Source of the DNA: an uncultured bacterium
GTDB lineage: Bacteria > Zhuqueibacterota > QNDG01 > DTFT01
Length of the DNA stretch: 64,000 bases
Direction of reading: 5' to 3'
Assembly: GCA_963736115.1 (NCBI GenBank)
Contig: CAVTNR010000002.1
Coordinates: forward strand, 32,001-96,000
The number at the start of each line of letters is the position of its first letter. Within the stretch, counting starts at the first letter, position 1. Under the pieces are notes generated by a model, which worked only from the letters and a program-made list of their open reading frames with translations, did no database searches and was not told the DNA's origin. Positions 39,288 to 48,773 of this stretch are shown piece by piece. A program made the translations under genes and the position numbers.

Positions 39288-39363
39288 CGCACCCTGAAGG
39301 GTACGGCTACCAAACCATCTCAATATCACGGTAATCTCCGGTAGCCGCAGCCTTTAGGCTGCG
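39288..39363. repeat. REP doublet downstream of RAYT
   Basis: REP(-) 39288-39311, 28-bp linker, REP(+) 39340-39363. Confidence 0.9.
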
Positions 39364-39369
39364 CTTTTA

Positions 39370-39864
39370 TTACATTCCCCATGAATTCAAATCGTATACG
39401 GTTGAACCTTTGAACGGATAATCTTTCCATTCTTCCACTATACCCTTACGAACTGGATTGTCGAGTATGTATCCGACATGCCGCTTCAGATCTTCATCCT
39501 TCCTCAACACGTGGTCGTAAAAATCCTTCTGCCATTCAAAACCGGTATTATTTTTCGACATCCAATACCCGGTTTTTTGTTTAAAAAGAACCAGGCATTT
39601 CCGGATATCTGACTCCTCGGTTATCCCCTGAATGGTCAAATGCAGGTGATCAGGCATGAAAAGATAAATATGGGCCTGACAGTCATGACGCTCCAGTTCA
39701 TGAATCAGGATGTCTTTAAAAACAGTGACGAGGGACTGCTTGACGAAGGCTTTTCTTCGGTTCAGAATACAGCAGGTAAACGTCACAACGTTGAATCCTC
39801 GGTACAGGCCGCCATCCAGACGGTGTTTCTTTTCCTGTACAAACCGTGCGGGTTCGTTTGCCAT
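39370..39864 (-). mobile_element. REP-associated tyrosine transposase (RAYT/TnpA-REP, HUH Y1 family)
   Basis: MPDHLH HUH motif, WQKDFYDH, YILDNP; RBS GGAGG; AT-richer than neighbours; flanked by GTAG REPs. Confidence 0.92.
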
Positions 39865-39879
39865 TCTCCCTCCCAAGAA

Positions 39880-40067
39880 CGCACCCTGAAGGGTGCGGCT
39901 ACCCAACCATCCCAATATTACGTTAATATCCGGTAGCCGCAGCCTTTAGGCTACGCAAAAGCGCAAGCTGAAGCTTGCGGCTACCAAACCATCCCGATAT
40001 CACGGTAATCTCCGGTAGCCGCAGGCTTTAGCCTGCGCAAGAACGCACCCTGAAGGGTGCGGCTACC
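39880..40067. repeat. BIME-like array of five alternating GGTAG REPs upstream of RAYT
   Basis: 39880-39903(-), 39932-39955(+), 39962-39985(-), 40014-40037(+), 40044-40067(-). Confidence 0.9.
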
Positions 40068-40082
40068 AATGCCCGGCCGCGC

Positions 40083-41117
40083 TCAATCCAGCTCCAGCAC
40101 CACCTTCCCGCAGTCCCCGGACTCCATGACATCAAATCCCTTCTGGAAATCATCAAAACGGAACCGGTGGGTGAGCACGGGAGAAATGTCGAGCCCGCTC
40201 TGCAGCATGGTTTGCATCTTGTACCACGTCTCGAAAATCTCGCGGCCGTATATTCCCTTGAGCACCAGGCCCTTGAATATCACCTGGTCCCAGTCGATGC
40301 GCGTGCCGGGCGGCAGGATGCCGAGCAGGGCGATGCGGCCGCCGTGGTGCATGCTCTCGAGCATTTTCTCGAACGCGTCTCCATTCCCCGACATCTCAAG
40401 GCCCACGTCGAATCCGATCATGCCGAGTTCCCGCATGGCTTCGGCAATCGACGACTCGGACACATTGACCGCCCGGGTGGCGCCCAGCCTGCGGGCCAGA
40501 TTCAACCGGTACGCGTTGACATCCGTGACCACGACATTCCGTGCGCCCACGTGTTTCGCGATGGCCGAGGCGATCAGCCCGATCGGGCCTGCGCCCGAGA
40601 CGATCACGTCCTCCCCGACCAGATCGAAGGACAGGGCCGCGTGCGTCGCGTTTCCGTAGGGGTCGAAGAACGCGGCGATCTCCGACGGAATGCTCTCGTG
40701 CACGTGCCACGCGTTCGTCGCGGGCACGGACACGTATTCGGCGAAGCATCCGTCCCGTTGAACCCCGATGCCCACGGCATTGGTGCACAGGTGCCTCCGG
40801 CCGGCCCGGCACGAGCGGCACACGCCGCACACGATGTGCCCCTCGGCCGACACCCGCTCGCCCGTGTGGAAACCGCGCACCTCGCGGCCCCGCTCCACAA
40901 TTTCTCCGACGAACTCGTGCCCGATCACCTGGGGCGGATGGATGGTCTTTTGGGACCACTCGTCCCACTTGTAGATGTGCAGGTCCGTGCCGCAGATGGC
41001 CGTCTTGAGCACGCGGACGAGCAGGTCATTGGGGCCGAAGGCCGGAACGGGAACGTTCTCCATCCAGATCCCGGGCCCGGCTTCCCGCTTGACGAGCGCC
41101 TTCATGGTCTTCGACAT
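40083..41117 (-). CDS. tdh: L-threonine 3-dehydrogenase
   Basis: [52 protein letters not shown]. Confidence 0.95.
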   Translation of the reverse strand: MSKTMKALVKREAGPGIWMENVPVPAFGPNDLLVRVLKTAICGTDLHIYKWDEWSQKTIHPPQVIGHEFVGEIVERGREVRGFHTGERVSAEGHIVCGVCRSCRAGRRHLCTNAVGIGVQRDGCFAEYVSVPATNAWHVHESIPSEIAAFFDPYGNATHAALSFDLVGEDVIVSGAGPIGLIASAIAKHVGARNVVVTDVNAYRLNLARRLGATRAVNVSESSIAEAMRELGMIGFDVGLEMSGNGDAFEKMLESMHHGGRIALLGILPPGTRIDWDQVIFKGLVLKGIYGREIFETWYKMQTMLQSGLDISPVLTHRFRFDDFQKGFDVMESGDCGKVVLELD

Positions 41118-41235
41118 GTCCTCTCCTCTGAACTCTGTCCGTTGCATTCCCGCGGACGAAAGGACCCCTTCGGCCTCCTGAATACCGGGAAGACTCGAAC
41201 CGGCGGAATCGTCCCGACAAGGACGCCGGAACTCT

Positions 41236-42144
41236 TCAACGGGGGCCGTATTTCTGATTGAAACGGTCCTGGGGCAGGAACCGTTTTTCGATCTCCCGCA
41301 CATCCTGAAATCCCACGAGTTCCTTCCAGTAGTCGAAGGAAACGACGAGGTCCTCCCGTCCGGGCGCCACCCCGCCCTGCGCCGCGATCGCCTTGAGATA
41401 CTCCTCCATGCCTTTCACCGCGGCGAACGCCGTGCCCACCGGAATGGACACCCGCGCCACGCGGAGCTTCCGGAGTTCCTCGATCGGCATCACCGGCGTC
41501 TTGCCACCGACCACGCCGTCGAACAGATTGATCGAGATGGGGGCTTTAATCTCGGAAACGATGCGCCGGATCTGCTCGGCTGTCCGGGGCGCCTCGACGA
41601 AGATGAGATCAGCGCCGGCTTCGGCGTAGGCGTTGCCCCTGCGGATCGCCTCGTCGAGCCCGCTCACGGCGATGGCGTCGGTCCGGGCGTTGATGATGAA
41701 GTCCGGATCGGTCCGGGCCGCCTTGGCGGCCCCGATTTTTCCGACCATCTCCTCGACGGGCACAATTTCCTTGCCTTCAAGATGGCCGCAGCGCTTCGGG
41801 AAAACCTGGTCTTCGAGGTTCACGCCGGCGGCGCTGATGGCCTCGAACTCCTGGACCGTGCGGTACACGTTCACGGCCGTGCCGAACCCCGTGTCACCGT
41901 CGGCCATCACCGGCACGTCCACGGCCTGCACGATCTTCCGCGTCTGGTCGAGCATTTCGCCGTAGGAAAGTAGGCCGACGTCGGGCTTTCCCAGCAGAGA
42001 AGCCGCGATGCCGAATCCGGAGCACTGGATGGCCTTGAATCCCGCGCGCTGGATGAGGATGGCGGAAATCGCGTCGTAGGCGCCTACCATGACCAGGGGC
42101 TCCCTCGCTTCGAGCATCTTTCTCAACTGCGTTGTTTTTTTCAT
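41236..42144 (-). CDS. Isocitrate lyase/PEP mutase-family enzyme (PrpB-like)
   Basis: [34 protein letters not shown]. Confidence 0.9.
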   Translation of the reverse strand: MKKTTQLRKMLEAREPLVMVGAYDAISAILIQRAGFKAIQCSGFGIAASLLGKPDVGLLSYGEMLDQTRKIVQAVDVPVMADGDTGFGTAVNVYRTVQEFEAISAAGVNLEDQVFPKRCGHLEGKEIVPVEEMVGKIGAAKAARTDPDFIINARTDAIAVSGLDEAIRRGNAYAEAGADLIFVEAPRTAEQIRRIVSEIKAPISINLFDGVVGGKTPVMPIEELRKLRVARVSIPVGTAFAAVKGMEEYLKAIAAQGGVAPGREDLVVSFDYWKELVGFQDVREIEKRFLPQDRFNQKYGPR

Positions 42145-42287
42145 GGCGGCTTCTCCCGTCCGAATGGGTCAGGTGGCGGCCGGCCGGAACGCCGGGCGGC
42201 GTTCCCGGTCCGGCCGGAAAAGAAAAAGCCGGACGCGACTGCCCCGGCCTGGTGTCAGCGGTGAAACGGACATGGTCGTCCCGGCTG

Positions 42288-43399
42288 TCAGATCAGTTTA
42301 TCGGCCGGTGTGTATTTTAGATCGAACGCCTGGGCGACCGCCGAATGGGTGATCTCGCCCTTGTACATGTTGAGGCCCGTCCGGATCTCCAGAGATGTGC
42401 GGATCAGCACGTCCATCGCGACGTCCGCGATCCGGATGATGTAAGGCAGGGTGGCATTCGTCAGGGCGATAGTGGACGTGTAGGGCACGGCGCCCGGCAT
42501 ATTGGCCACGCCGTAGTGGATCACGCCGTCCACGACGAAGGTCGGATGGTCGTGCGTTGTCGGTTTGGAGGTCTCGATGCACCCGCCCTGATCGACCGAG
42601 ACATCGACGATCACGGAACCCGGACGCAGAAGCGACAGCATGTCGCGGGTCACGAGCCGCGGGGCCTTGGCCCCCACAACCAGGATGGCTCCGATCAGGA
42701 GGTCGGTGAAGGGAAGCAGATCCCGGAGGTTGTACTCGTTGGAAAAGACGGTCACCACGTTTTCGGCATCACGTCCTGGAGATACCGGAGCCGGTTCAAG
42801 TTGCTGTCGAGAATGTACACCTCGGCGCCCATGCCCGCGGCGATCTTGGCCGCGTTCGTCCCCACGACGCCGCCGCCGAGAATGGTGACCACGCCGGGAG
42901 GCGCGCCGGGAACGCCGCCCAGGAGAACGCCGCGGCCCCCGTTGAATTTCTCCAGGAAACGGGCGCCTTCCTGCGTGGCCATACGTCCGGCGACCTCGCT
43001 CATGGGAACAAGAAGCGGCAGACTTCCGTCCGGCAGTTCGACAGTCTCATAGGCGACCGCCGCGGCCCCTGTTTTCTGAAAATCCGCGGTCAGCTGTCTG
43101 TCCGCGGCGAAGTGAAAGTAGGTGAATACGATCTGCCCGCGCCGGATCATCAAAATTTCCGAAGGCTGGGGTTCCTTCACCTTGACGATCATGTCCGCTT
43201 CCCGGAACAAGTCCCCGGCTGTATCGACGAGCAGACAGCCGGCGGACCGATACTGCTCGTCCTGGAAACCGCTGTTCTGTCCGGCTCCTCTCTGGACGAA
43301 AACTCGGTGTCCGCGCTTGGTGAGCTCCGCAGCGCCGTGCGGCGTCATGGAGACGCGGTTTTCCGCGGTCTTGATCTCGGTCGGGACGCCGATTTTCAT
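42288..43399 (-). CDS. ald: Alanine dehydrogenase (frameshift in T-run 42760-42763)
   Basis: MKIGVPTEIK, KVKEP, PMSEVAGR, GGGVVG, VDQGGC, VANMPGAVP; adding one A restores MPKNVVTVFS. Confidence 0.93.
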
Positions 43400-43445
43400 A
43401 TGGAACTCCTCGCTTAAGACAGTTGAATATTCCGGGGAATATTCA

Positions 43446-43474
43446 AATATATCCATGCATCCTGATAAAGTCAA
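43446..43474 (-). promoter_or_regulatory. Sigma70 promoter for ald (TTGACT-N17-TATATT)
   Basis: Near-consensus boxes with 17-bp spacer. Confidence 0.55.
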
Positions 43475-43575
43475 GATGATGTTATAGGCTGGAAACCGGC
43501 CATTCGGAAATGATGAATCGGACCGACTCGGTTATTCGGGAAAATGACGGAATATTCTGTTCTTCTATTAATTAT

Positions 43576-43604
43576 TTGACTTGAATTGAGAATCATTGTA
43601 CATT
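43576..43604 (+). promoter_or_regulatory. Sigma70 promoter TTGACT-N17-TACATT for the DAK2-DegV gene
   Basis: Near-consensus boxes with 17-bp spacer. Confidence 0.55.
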
Positions 43605-43654
43605 AAAATCTTCCTCCCGATTTACGGATAGCGGAACTCGACAGGGGAGAACCC

Positions 43655-45436
43655 ATGAAATTACGGCATCTGGACGGCGAAAGTCTGTATTACGCCTTCT
43701 TCCACGGCCGGCGCGCGGTGGTTCACCGGCAGAAGCACCTGAACAAGATCAACGTCTTTCCGGTCGCGGACGGCGACACGGGAACCAACCTTGCCATGAC
43801 CATGCATTCCATGATTGAAGGCACATCGGGGACCGGAACCGTCGCGTCGGTGAGCCGAGGCATGGCGGACGCGGCCCTGTCCGGATCCAGGGGCAATTCC
43901 GGAATCATATTCGCCCAGTTCGTCCGCGGCCTGAGCGAGGCGGTTCAGGGCAAGGATAAACTGGACAAAAAAGAGTTCACCCAGGCCGCACGGCGCGCGG
44001 TGGATTCAGCCTACAAGGCCCTGGCCAAACCCGTGGAAGGGACCATCCTCACCGTGATGCGCGCCTGGGTCAATGCGCTCGACGCGCTGCATGAAAAAAA
44101 AGCGAGTTTTGTGGGTCTGTTTCACGAGTCGCTGGTCGCGGCACGCCGCGCGCTGCAGGAAACGCCGAAAATGATGAAAGCCCTCGAGAAGGCGAAAGTC
44201 GTCGACGCCGGCGCTGAGGGCTTCGTCACCTTTCTCGAAGGCGTGATGCATTTCGTCCGTTCCGGCGAAAAGCCGGAATTGCTGAACGAACCCTTGGCCG
44301 CCGCGGAAGCGCAGGACACGCACATGCTGCAGCCCGATGGGGAGATCCGGCATCGGTACTGCACGGAATTGCTCCTGGAAGGGAAGGATCTTTCTCTTGA
44401 CGCGGTCCGCGCGGCAGTGGAGAACATGGGGGACTCCGCGGCCGTGGCCGGGGGCGGCGACCGCCTGCGGGTTCACATCCACACGAATGAGCCTTGGAAG
44501 GTATACGAGACCTGTTCGCGGATCGGGCATATTGCGAAGCAGAAAGTCGATGACATGATCCGCCAGAACCAGATCGCACATCACCGCCGCGCCGGCATCG
44601 CGGTGGTCACCGATTCGGCATGCGATCTGCCGCAGGAGTGGCTGGACCGTTTCCAGATCCACGTCGTCCCGCTCAATCTCGCGTTCGGCGAGAAACAATA
44701 CCTGGACCAGCTCACGGTCAAGCCCGGCCAGTTCTACCGCATGCTGGACGAGGAACCGGACTTCCCCAAAACCTCACAACCCCCGGCGGCCGTTTTCGCG
44801 GACCTGTATCGCCGGCTCTCCCATCATTATCACTCGATCATTTCCATCCATCTGTCCGGCGGCCTGTCCGGTACGCTCAACTCGGCGCGCCTGGCCGCGG
44901 AGCAGGTGACGGGCGTGTCCATTGCGGTGGTGGACTCGAAAAATCTGTCCTCGAGCCTCGGCCTCATGGTGGTGACCGTCGCCGAAGCGGTCGCTGCGGG
45001 AAAGCGCTTCGCGGACGTGGTCCGGCTCGCAGAATCCCTGCCGGGGAAAACGCGCATTCTGGTCGGCGTCCCGGCCCTCAAGTCCTACATCCGGGGCGGA
45101 CGCATCTCGCCGCTCAAGGGCTGGATCGCCAATTTACTGAACCTCAAACCGATCATCTCGATCAATGCCGAAGGCAAGGGCATCCTGTTCGGCAAGGCGT
45201 TTTCCAGGAGCAAAAATCTGGAGAAAATCGTCGACATCCTTTCGCGACTGCACCAGAAAACCCCGGTCCGCAGGTATGTGGTGGGTCATACGGCGGACGA
45301 ACCGGCCGCCCGGGCCTTCGCAGAAAAGATCGAGCTGGAAATCGGAATGAAACCCGAATTCATCGCTTCGATCTCGCCAGTGATCGGTGCGCACGCCGGT
45401 CCCGGATCCGTGTGCGTGTGTTTCATGACGGATTGA
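43655..45436 (+). CDS. DAK2 (FakA-like)-DegV (FakB-like) fusion
   Basis: INVFPVADGDTGTN, RGNSG, EGTILTV, VDAG, VHIHT; then VTDSACDL, KTSQP, SGT, GGRI, GAHAGPG. Confidence 0.9.
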   Translation: MKLRHLDGESLYYAFFHGRRAVVHRQKHLNKINVFPVADGDTGTNLAMTMHSMIEGTSGTGTVASVSRGMADAALSGSRGNSGIIFAQFVRGLSEAVQGKDKLDKKEFTQAARRAVDSAYKALAKPVEGTILTVMRAWVNALDALHEKKASFVGLFHESLVAARRALQETPKMMKALEKAKVVDAGAEGFVTFLEGVMHFVRSGEKPELLNEPLAAAEAQDTHMLQPDGEIRHRYCTELLLEGKDLSLDAVRAAVENMGDSAAVAGGGDRLRVHIHTNEPWKVYETCSRIGHIAKQKVDDMIRQNQIAHHRRAGIAVVTDSACDLPQEWLDRFQIHVVPLNLAFGEKQYLDQLTVKPGQFYRMLDEEPDFPKTSQPPAAVFADLYRRLSHHYHSIISIHLSGGLSGTLNSARLAAEQVTGVSIAVVDSKNLSSSLGLMVVTVAEAVAAGKRFADVVRLAESLPGKTRILVGVPALKSYIRGGRISPLKGWIANLLNLKPIISINAEGKGILFGKAFSRSKNLEKIVDILSRLHQKTPVRRYVVGHTADEPAARAFAEKIELEIGMKPEFIASISPVIGAHAGPGSVCVCFMTD

Positions 45437-45476
45437 CGAATCATTAAACGCTGAGATTCAAGCAAATCGTCTCAAT

Positions 45477-45503
45477 GTCATCCCCGCGCAAGCGGGGATC
45501 CAG
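45477..45503 (+). repeat. RPE4/dRS3-like palindrome GTCATCCCCGCGCAAGCGGGGATCCAG
   Basis: Hairpin of the 'VIPA-AGIQ' type; partial matching end CGCGGGAATGAC near 48522-48533. Confidence 0.55.
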
Positions 45504-45600
45504 TCTTCCGTTATCCGGATAAATGGATCCTTGTGGAGGATTCTGAGATCCCTCGCCAGCGAAACAAGATTCGGTTTATCACGAAATACATCTATTATTA

Positions 45601-46390
45601 ATGGAATAATCCACTGCAGACACACGCCCAAATCACCGCCGCATTCCTCTTCGTCTACATGACGGCCTTCTACCTGGCCGCGCGCCGACTCCGCAACAAC
45701 GGCCTGGCGGATACGGCCTGGGGCCTGGGATTCGTCCTGGTCGCCTGGCTGAACCTTTTCCTGTCCGGCTCGGCAACGGCCCGGTCCCTTACGGTCACCG
45801 CTCTGGTGACAGCCTGGGGCCTCCGGCTCGCGCTCCATATTTTCGCCCGCAACCGCGGGAAGACCGAGGATTTCCGGTATGCGGAAATGCGGCGGAAATG
45901 GGGCCATCATGCGGAATTGAAAAGCTACGGTAACGTCTTCCTTCTGCAGGGTTTTCTTCTTTATGTCATCGCCTGGCCCATCGTGCTGGCGAATACGGCC
46001 GCGGTCAATGAGGGGTTCGGAGTCCTGGAATCGCTCGGCCTCGCAGTCTGGATAACCGGCTTCGTCTTCGAAGCCGTTTCCGACCGCCAGCTCCGCGATT
46101 TCATCCGGAAGGGTAAAACGCCGGAGAACCCGTACATGACCGAAGGCTTGTGGAAATACACCCGCCATCCCAATTACTTCGGCGAGGCGCTTCTCTGGTG
46201 GGGCGTTTTCCTGCTCGCGGTCCGCTCCCCGCTCGGATGGACCGGCATCGTCAGCCCATTTCTTATCGGATTTCTGGTCCGTTTCGTCTCCGGCGTGCCG
46301 CTTCTCGAAAAAAAGCACCTGCAGGATCCCCGGTACCGTCCGTACGCGGAACGGACGAACGTGTTTTTTCCGTGGATACCGAAAAAATGA
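45601..46390 (+). CDS. DUF1295 / steroid 5-alpha-reductase-like membrane protein (probable +1 indel right after the start codon)
   Basis: WGLRL, EDFRY, GLWKYTRHPNYFGE, SGVPLLE; open frame extends to 45602 behind an out-of-frame ATG at 45601. Confidence 0.85.
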
Positions 46391-47397
46391 GAAAATCGCT
46401 GATCCGGGCCGTTCTGGCCGTACTGCTCGCCTCCGGACTTCGTGCCCAATCCCCCGACTCCCTCCTGCTCCCCGGCATCCGGCTCACGCTCGCATGCGAT
46501 TTCGACGCCGCCTTATATGTCTTCCGTTCCTACTGCCGTACGCACCCGCACGACCCCGCGGGACCTTTCTATGTCGCGGCCACATACCAGTCCGCAATGA
46601 TGGATGCGGAATCGGACCGGTACGAGAAGGAATTTTTCGAGGCCGTCAGCCGGTCCATACGCATGGCCGACTCCCTGATCGCGGCCGGACGGCCGGACAG
46701 CCGGGTTTATTTCCACCTTGGGAACGCCTGGAGCTACAAGGGCCTGTACGAAGCCAAGCGGGGCGGCCTGGCCACGGGCGTACTGCACGCCCACCGGGGC
46801 GTGGGCTACCTGGAAAAGGCACTGGAAGCGGACTCCCTGTATGAAGACGCCTACCTCGGAGTCGGCAGTTACAAATACTGGTCCGGCCGTTATTACAAAT
46901 ACCTGCGCTGGCTTCCCTGGATCCGCGACGAACGCGACCTCGGCATCCGGCTGGTCCGGCGCGTAATCGAGAAGGGAACCCTCTCCCGCTGGGTCGGAAT
47001 GAGCAGTCTGGGCTGGATCGAGTATGACCGGAAGAACTACAAAGAAAGTCTAAGACTTTTCAGGCAGGGGCTGGCCGAATTCCCCGGAAGCCGTTTTTTC
47101 CTGTGGGGGGAAGCGGACTGTCTTTTCGCGGACGGGGATTACCCTGAGGCGGTCGCACGGTATGAGAATCTGCTCGCTTCCATTCTCGGGGATAAAACCC
47201 AGAGCGGTTACAACGAGGCGGAATGCCGCACCAAGCTGATGACGGCCTATGACAAAATCGGCCGTCCGGAAGCTGCTGAGGCGCAGGCCCGTGCCGTGCT
47301 GGCCATACAGGCGGATCCGACCGTGAGAAAACGGATGGAACGTCAGCGCAAGGCCGCGGCCGAATGGCTCGACCGGAATCGCGGAGGGACTCGGTGA
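46387..47397 (+). CDS. Secreted TPR protein
   Basis: Signal peptide, TPR-like helices (DAYLGVG.Y.Y); ATGA overlap with upstream stop. Confidence 0.75.
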   Translation: MRKSLIRAVLAVLLASGLRAQSPDSLLLPGIRLTLACDFDAALYVFRSYCRTHPHDPAGPFYVAATYQSAMMDAESDRYEKEFFEAVSRSIRMADSLIAAGRPDSRVYFHLGNAWSYKGLYEAKRGGLATGVLHAHRGVGYLEKALEADSLYEDAYLGVGSYKYWSGRYYKYLRWLPWIRDERDLGIRLVRRVIEKGTLSRWVGMSSLGWIEYDRKNYKESLRLFRQGLAEFPGSRFFLWGEADCLFADGDYPEAVARYENLLASILGDKTQSGYNEAECRTKLMTAYDKIGRPEAAEAQARAVLAIQADPTVRKRMERQRKAAAEWLDRNRGGTR

Positions 47398-48518
47398 GAC
47401 GCCGTCTTTCCGTTGCAGCCGCGGCGCTCATTCTGCTGGCGGCACTCCGGCCGGGCGTCGGCATGTCCCGGTCGCTCGAGGACAGCCTGAGGTTGGACAT
47501 AGAGGACGGTCGGCTGGATGCTTTTTCGAAAATCGAAGCCGCCTTCATCCTGTCCGGCGTCGAGGATCCGGACAGCCTCACCGCCTGTGTGGACTGGCAT
47601 CAGAGTATTGTCCAGACCATTGAAAACTTCCGCTTCCAGATGACGGACCGCGCCGGGTCAAGCCGTCGCGTATTCGCCTGGCTGCACGGCGCCTGGCTCG
47701 TGCGATACGACGCGGAAGCCACCACGTTGACGGACGTACGCAACCGTAAAACCTACAACTGCGTTTCCGGCACTATTCTCTTCAATCTGACCTGCGAAAC
47801 GCTCGGCTGGTCCACGGACGCTTTTGAAACGCCCACCCACGTCTATACCTTTTTCAACAACTATACGGAGCGGATTCCCATCGAAAACACGTCGCCCATG
47901 GGGTTCGATATCATGAAAAATCTGGGCGAATACTCCCGCTTCCTCCTGCAGTATTATCCCGGCAACCGCGCCGCGCGCATCGGACTCGACCGGCTCTTCG
48001 CGCATGAAAACGGGAAAGGCCGCGAGATCAACAACACCGAACTGCTGGGCCTGCTCGCGTACAACCGCGCCTTTTTCGCGCGCAAGGACAGCAGTTACGA
48101 ACGGGCCTGGAATTACGTCCTGCTCGCTCGCAGGTTCAACCGGGATTCCCGCTCGAATGTTGATTTCGAAATCGGCCTGACCTTCGAATGGGGATCCGTC
48201 CTGCTCAAGCGGGGCGAAAACCGGACCGCGTTCGAGACATACGCCGAAGGCTTCCGCCGTTTCCCGGACATCGGCGATCTGCGGCAGAACGCCAGGGCGG
48301 CTTTCTTCCGTTTTCTCCATACGCCGCAGTCGTGGAATTCGGTACGGCCCGTGCTCGACGCGGCTCTCGATTTGCCGGCCTGGAACCGCGGCGATCTTCC
48401 CTTCCTCAGGAACCGGCTCGCCCTCCTGCTTTCCTCCAGTCCGGACCAGGCTGTCGCGGACGAAATCCGCGCTTATCTCGACGCGCTTCCCGGCTTGGCG
48501 GAGGAGTTGAAAAACTGA
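47394..48518 (+). CDS. Transglutaminase-like domain protein
   Basis: YNCVSGT...PTHVY...IENT putative Cys-His-Glu; GTGA overlap. Confidence 0.7.
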   Translation: MRRRLSVAAAALILLAALRPGVGMSRSLEDSLRLDIEDGRLDAFSKIEAAFILSGVEDPDSLTACVDWHQSIVQTIENFRFQMTDRAGSSRRVFAWLHGAWLVRYDAEATTLTDVRNRKTYNCVSGTILFNLTCETLGWSTDAFETPTHVYTFFNNYTERIPIENTSPMGFDIMKNLGEYSRFLLQYYPGNRAARIGLDRLFAHENGKGREINNTELLGLLAYNRAFFARKDSSYERAWNYVLLARRFNRDSRSNVDFEIGLTFEWGSVLLKRGENRTAFETYAEGFRRFPDIGDLRQNARAAFFRFLHTPQSWNSVRPVLDAALDLPAWNRGDLPFLRNRLALLLSSSPDQAVADEIRAYLDALPGLAEELKN

Positions 48519-48530
48519 TTTCGCGGGAAT

Positions 48531-48606
48531 GACCGGAAACCGATAAATCGGTTTCCGGGAGGGGACAATCATTCACAATTTCCCACGACTGAAGTCGTGG
48601 GCTCCG
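48531..48606. repeat. Palindrome pair CCGGAAACCGAT-AA-ATCGGTTTCCGG and CCCACGACTGAAGTCGTGGG
   Basis: Same arrangement as 10789-10857. Confidence 0.65.
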
Positions 48607-48773
48607 AATCCCGTTCCCCTTCCCGGTTTTTCGAGGGAATCCATCAGAAATCCGTGGCCCCGGCGGACACACCCGATTGATAAATATGATCTTACGATTC
48701 GGCATGCCGTTTGCGTGAAATGGTCCGTCAACCTCCTGACGCAATCCCGCATGTTTCGAAAGGAAGCCGGCAT

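Noticed and set aside
39288-40067. CRISPR array
   Set aside because: Repeats alternate in orientation, linkers are conserved rather than unique, and no cas genes are present. These are REPs.
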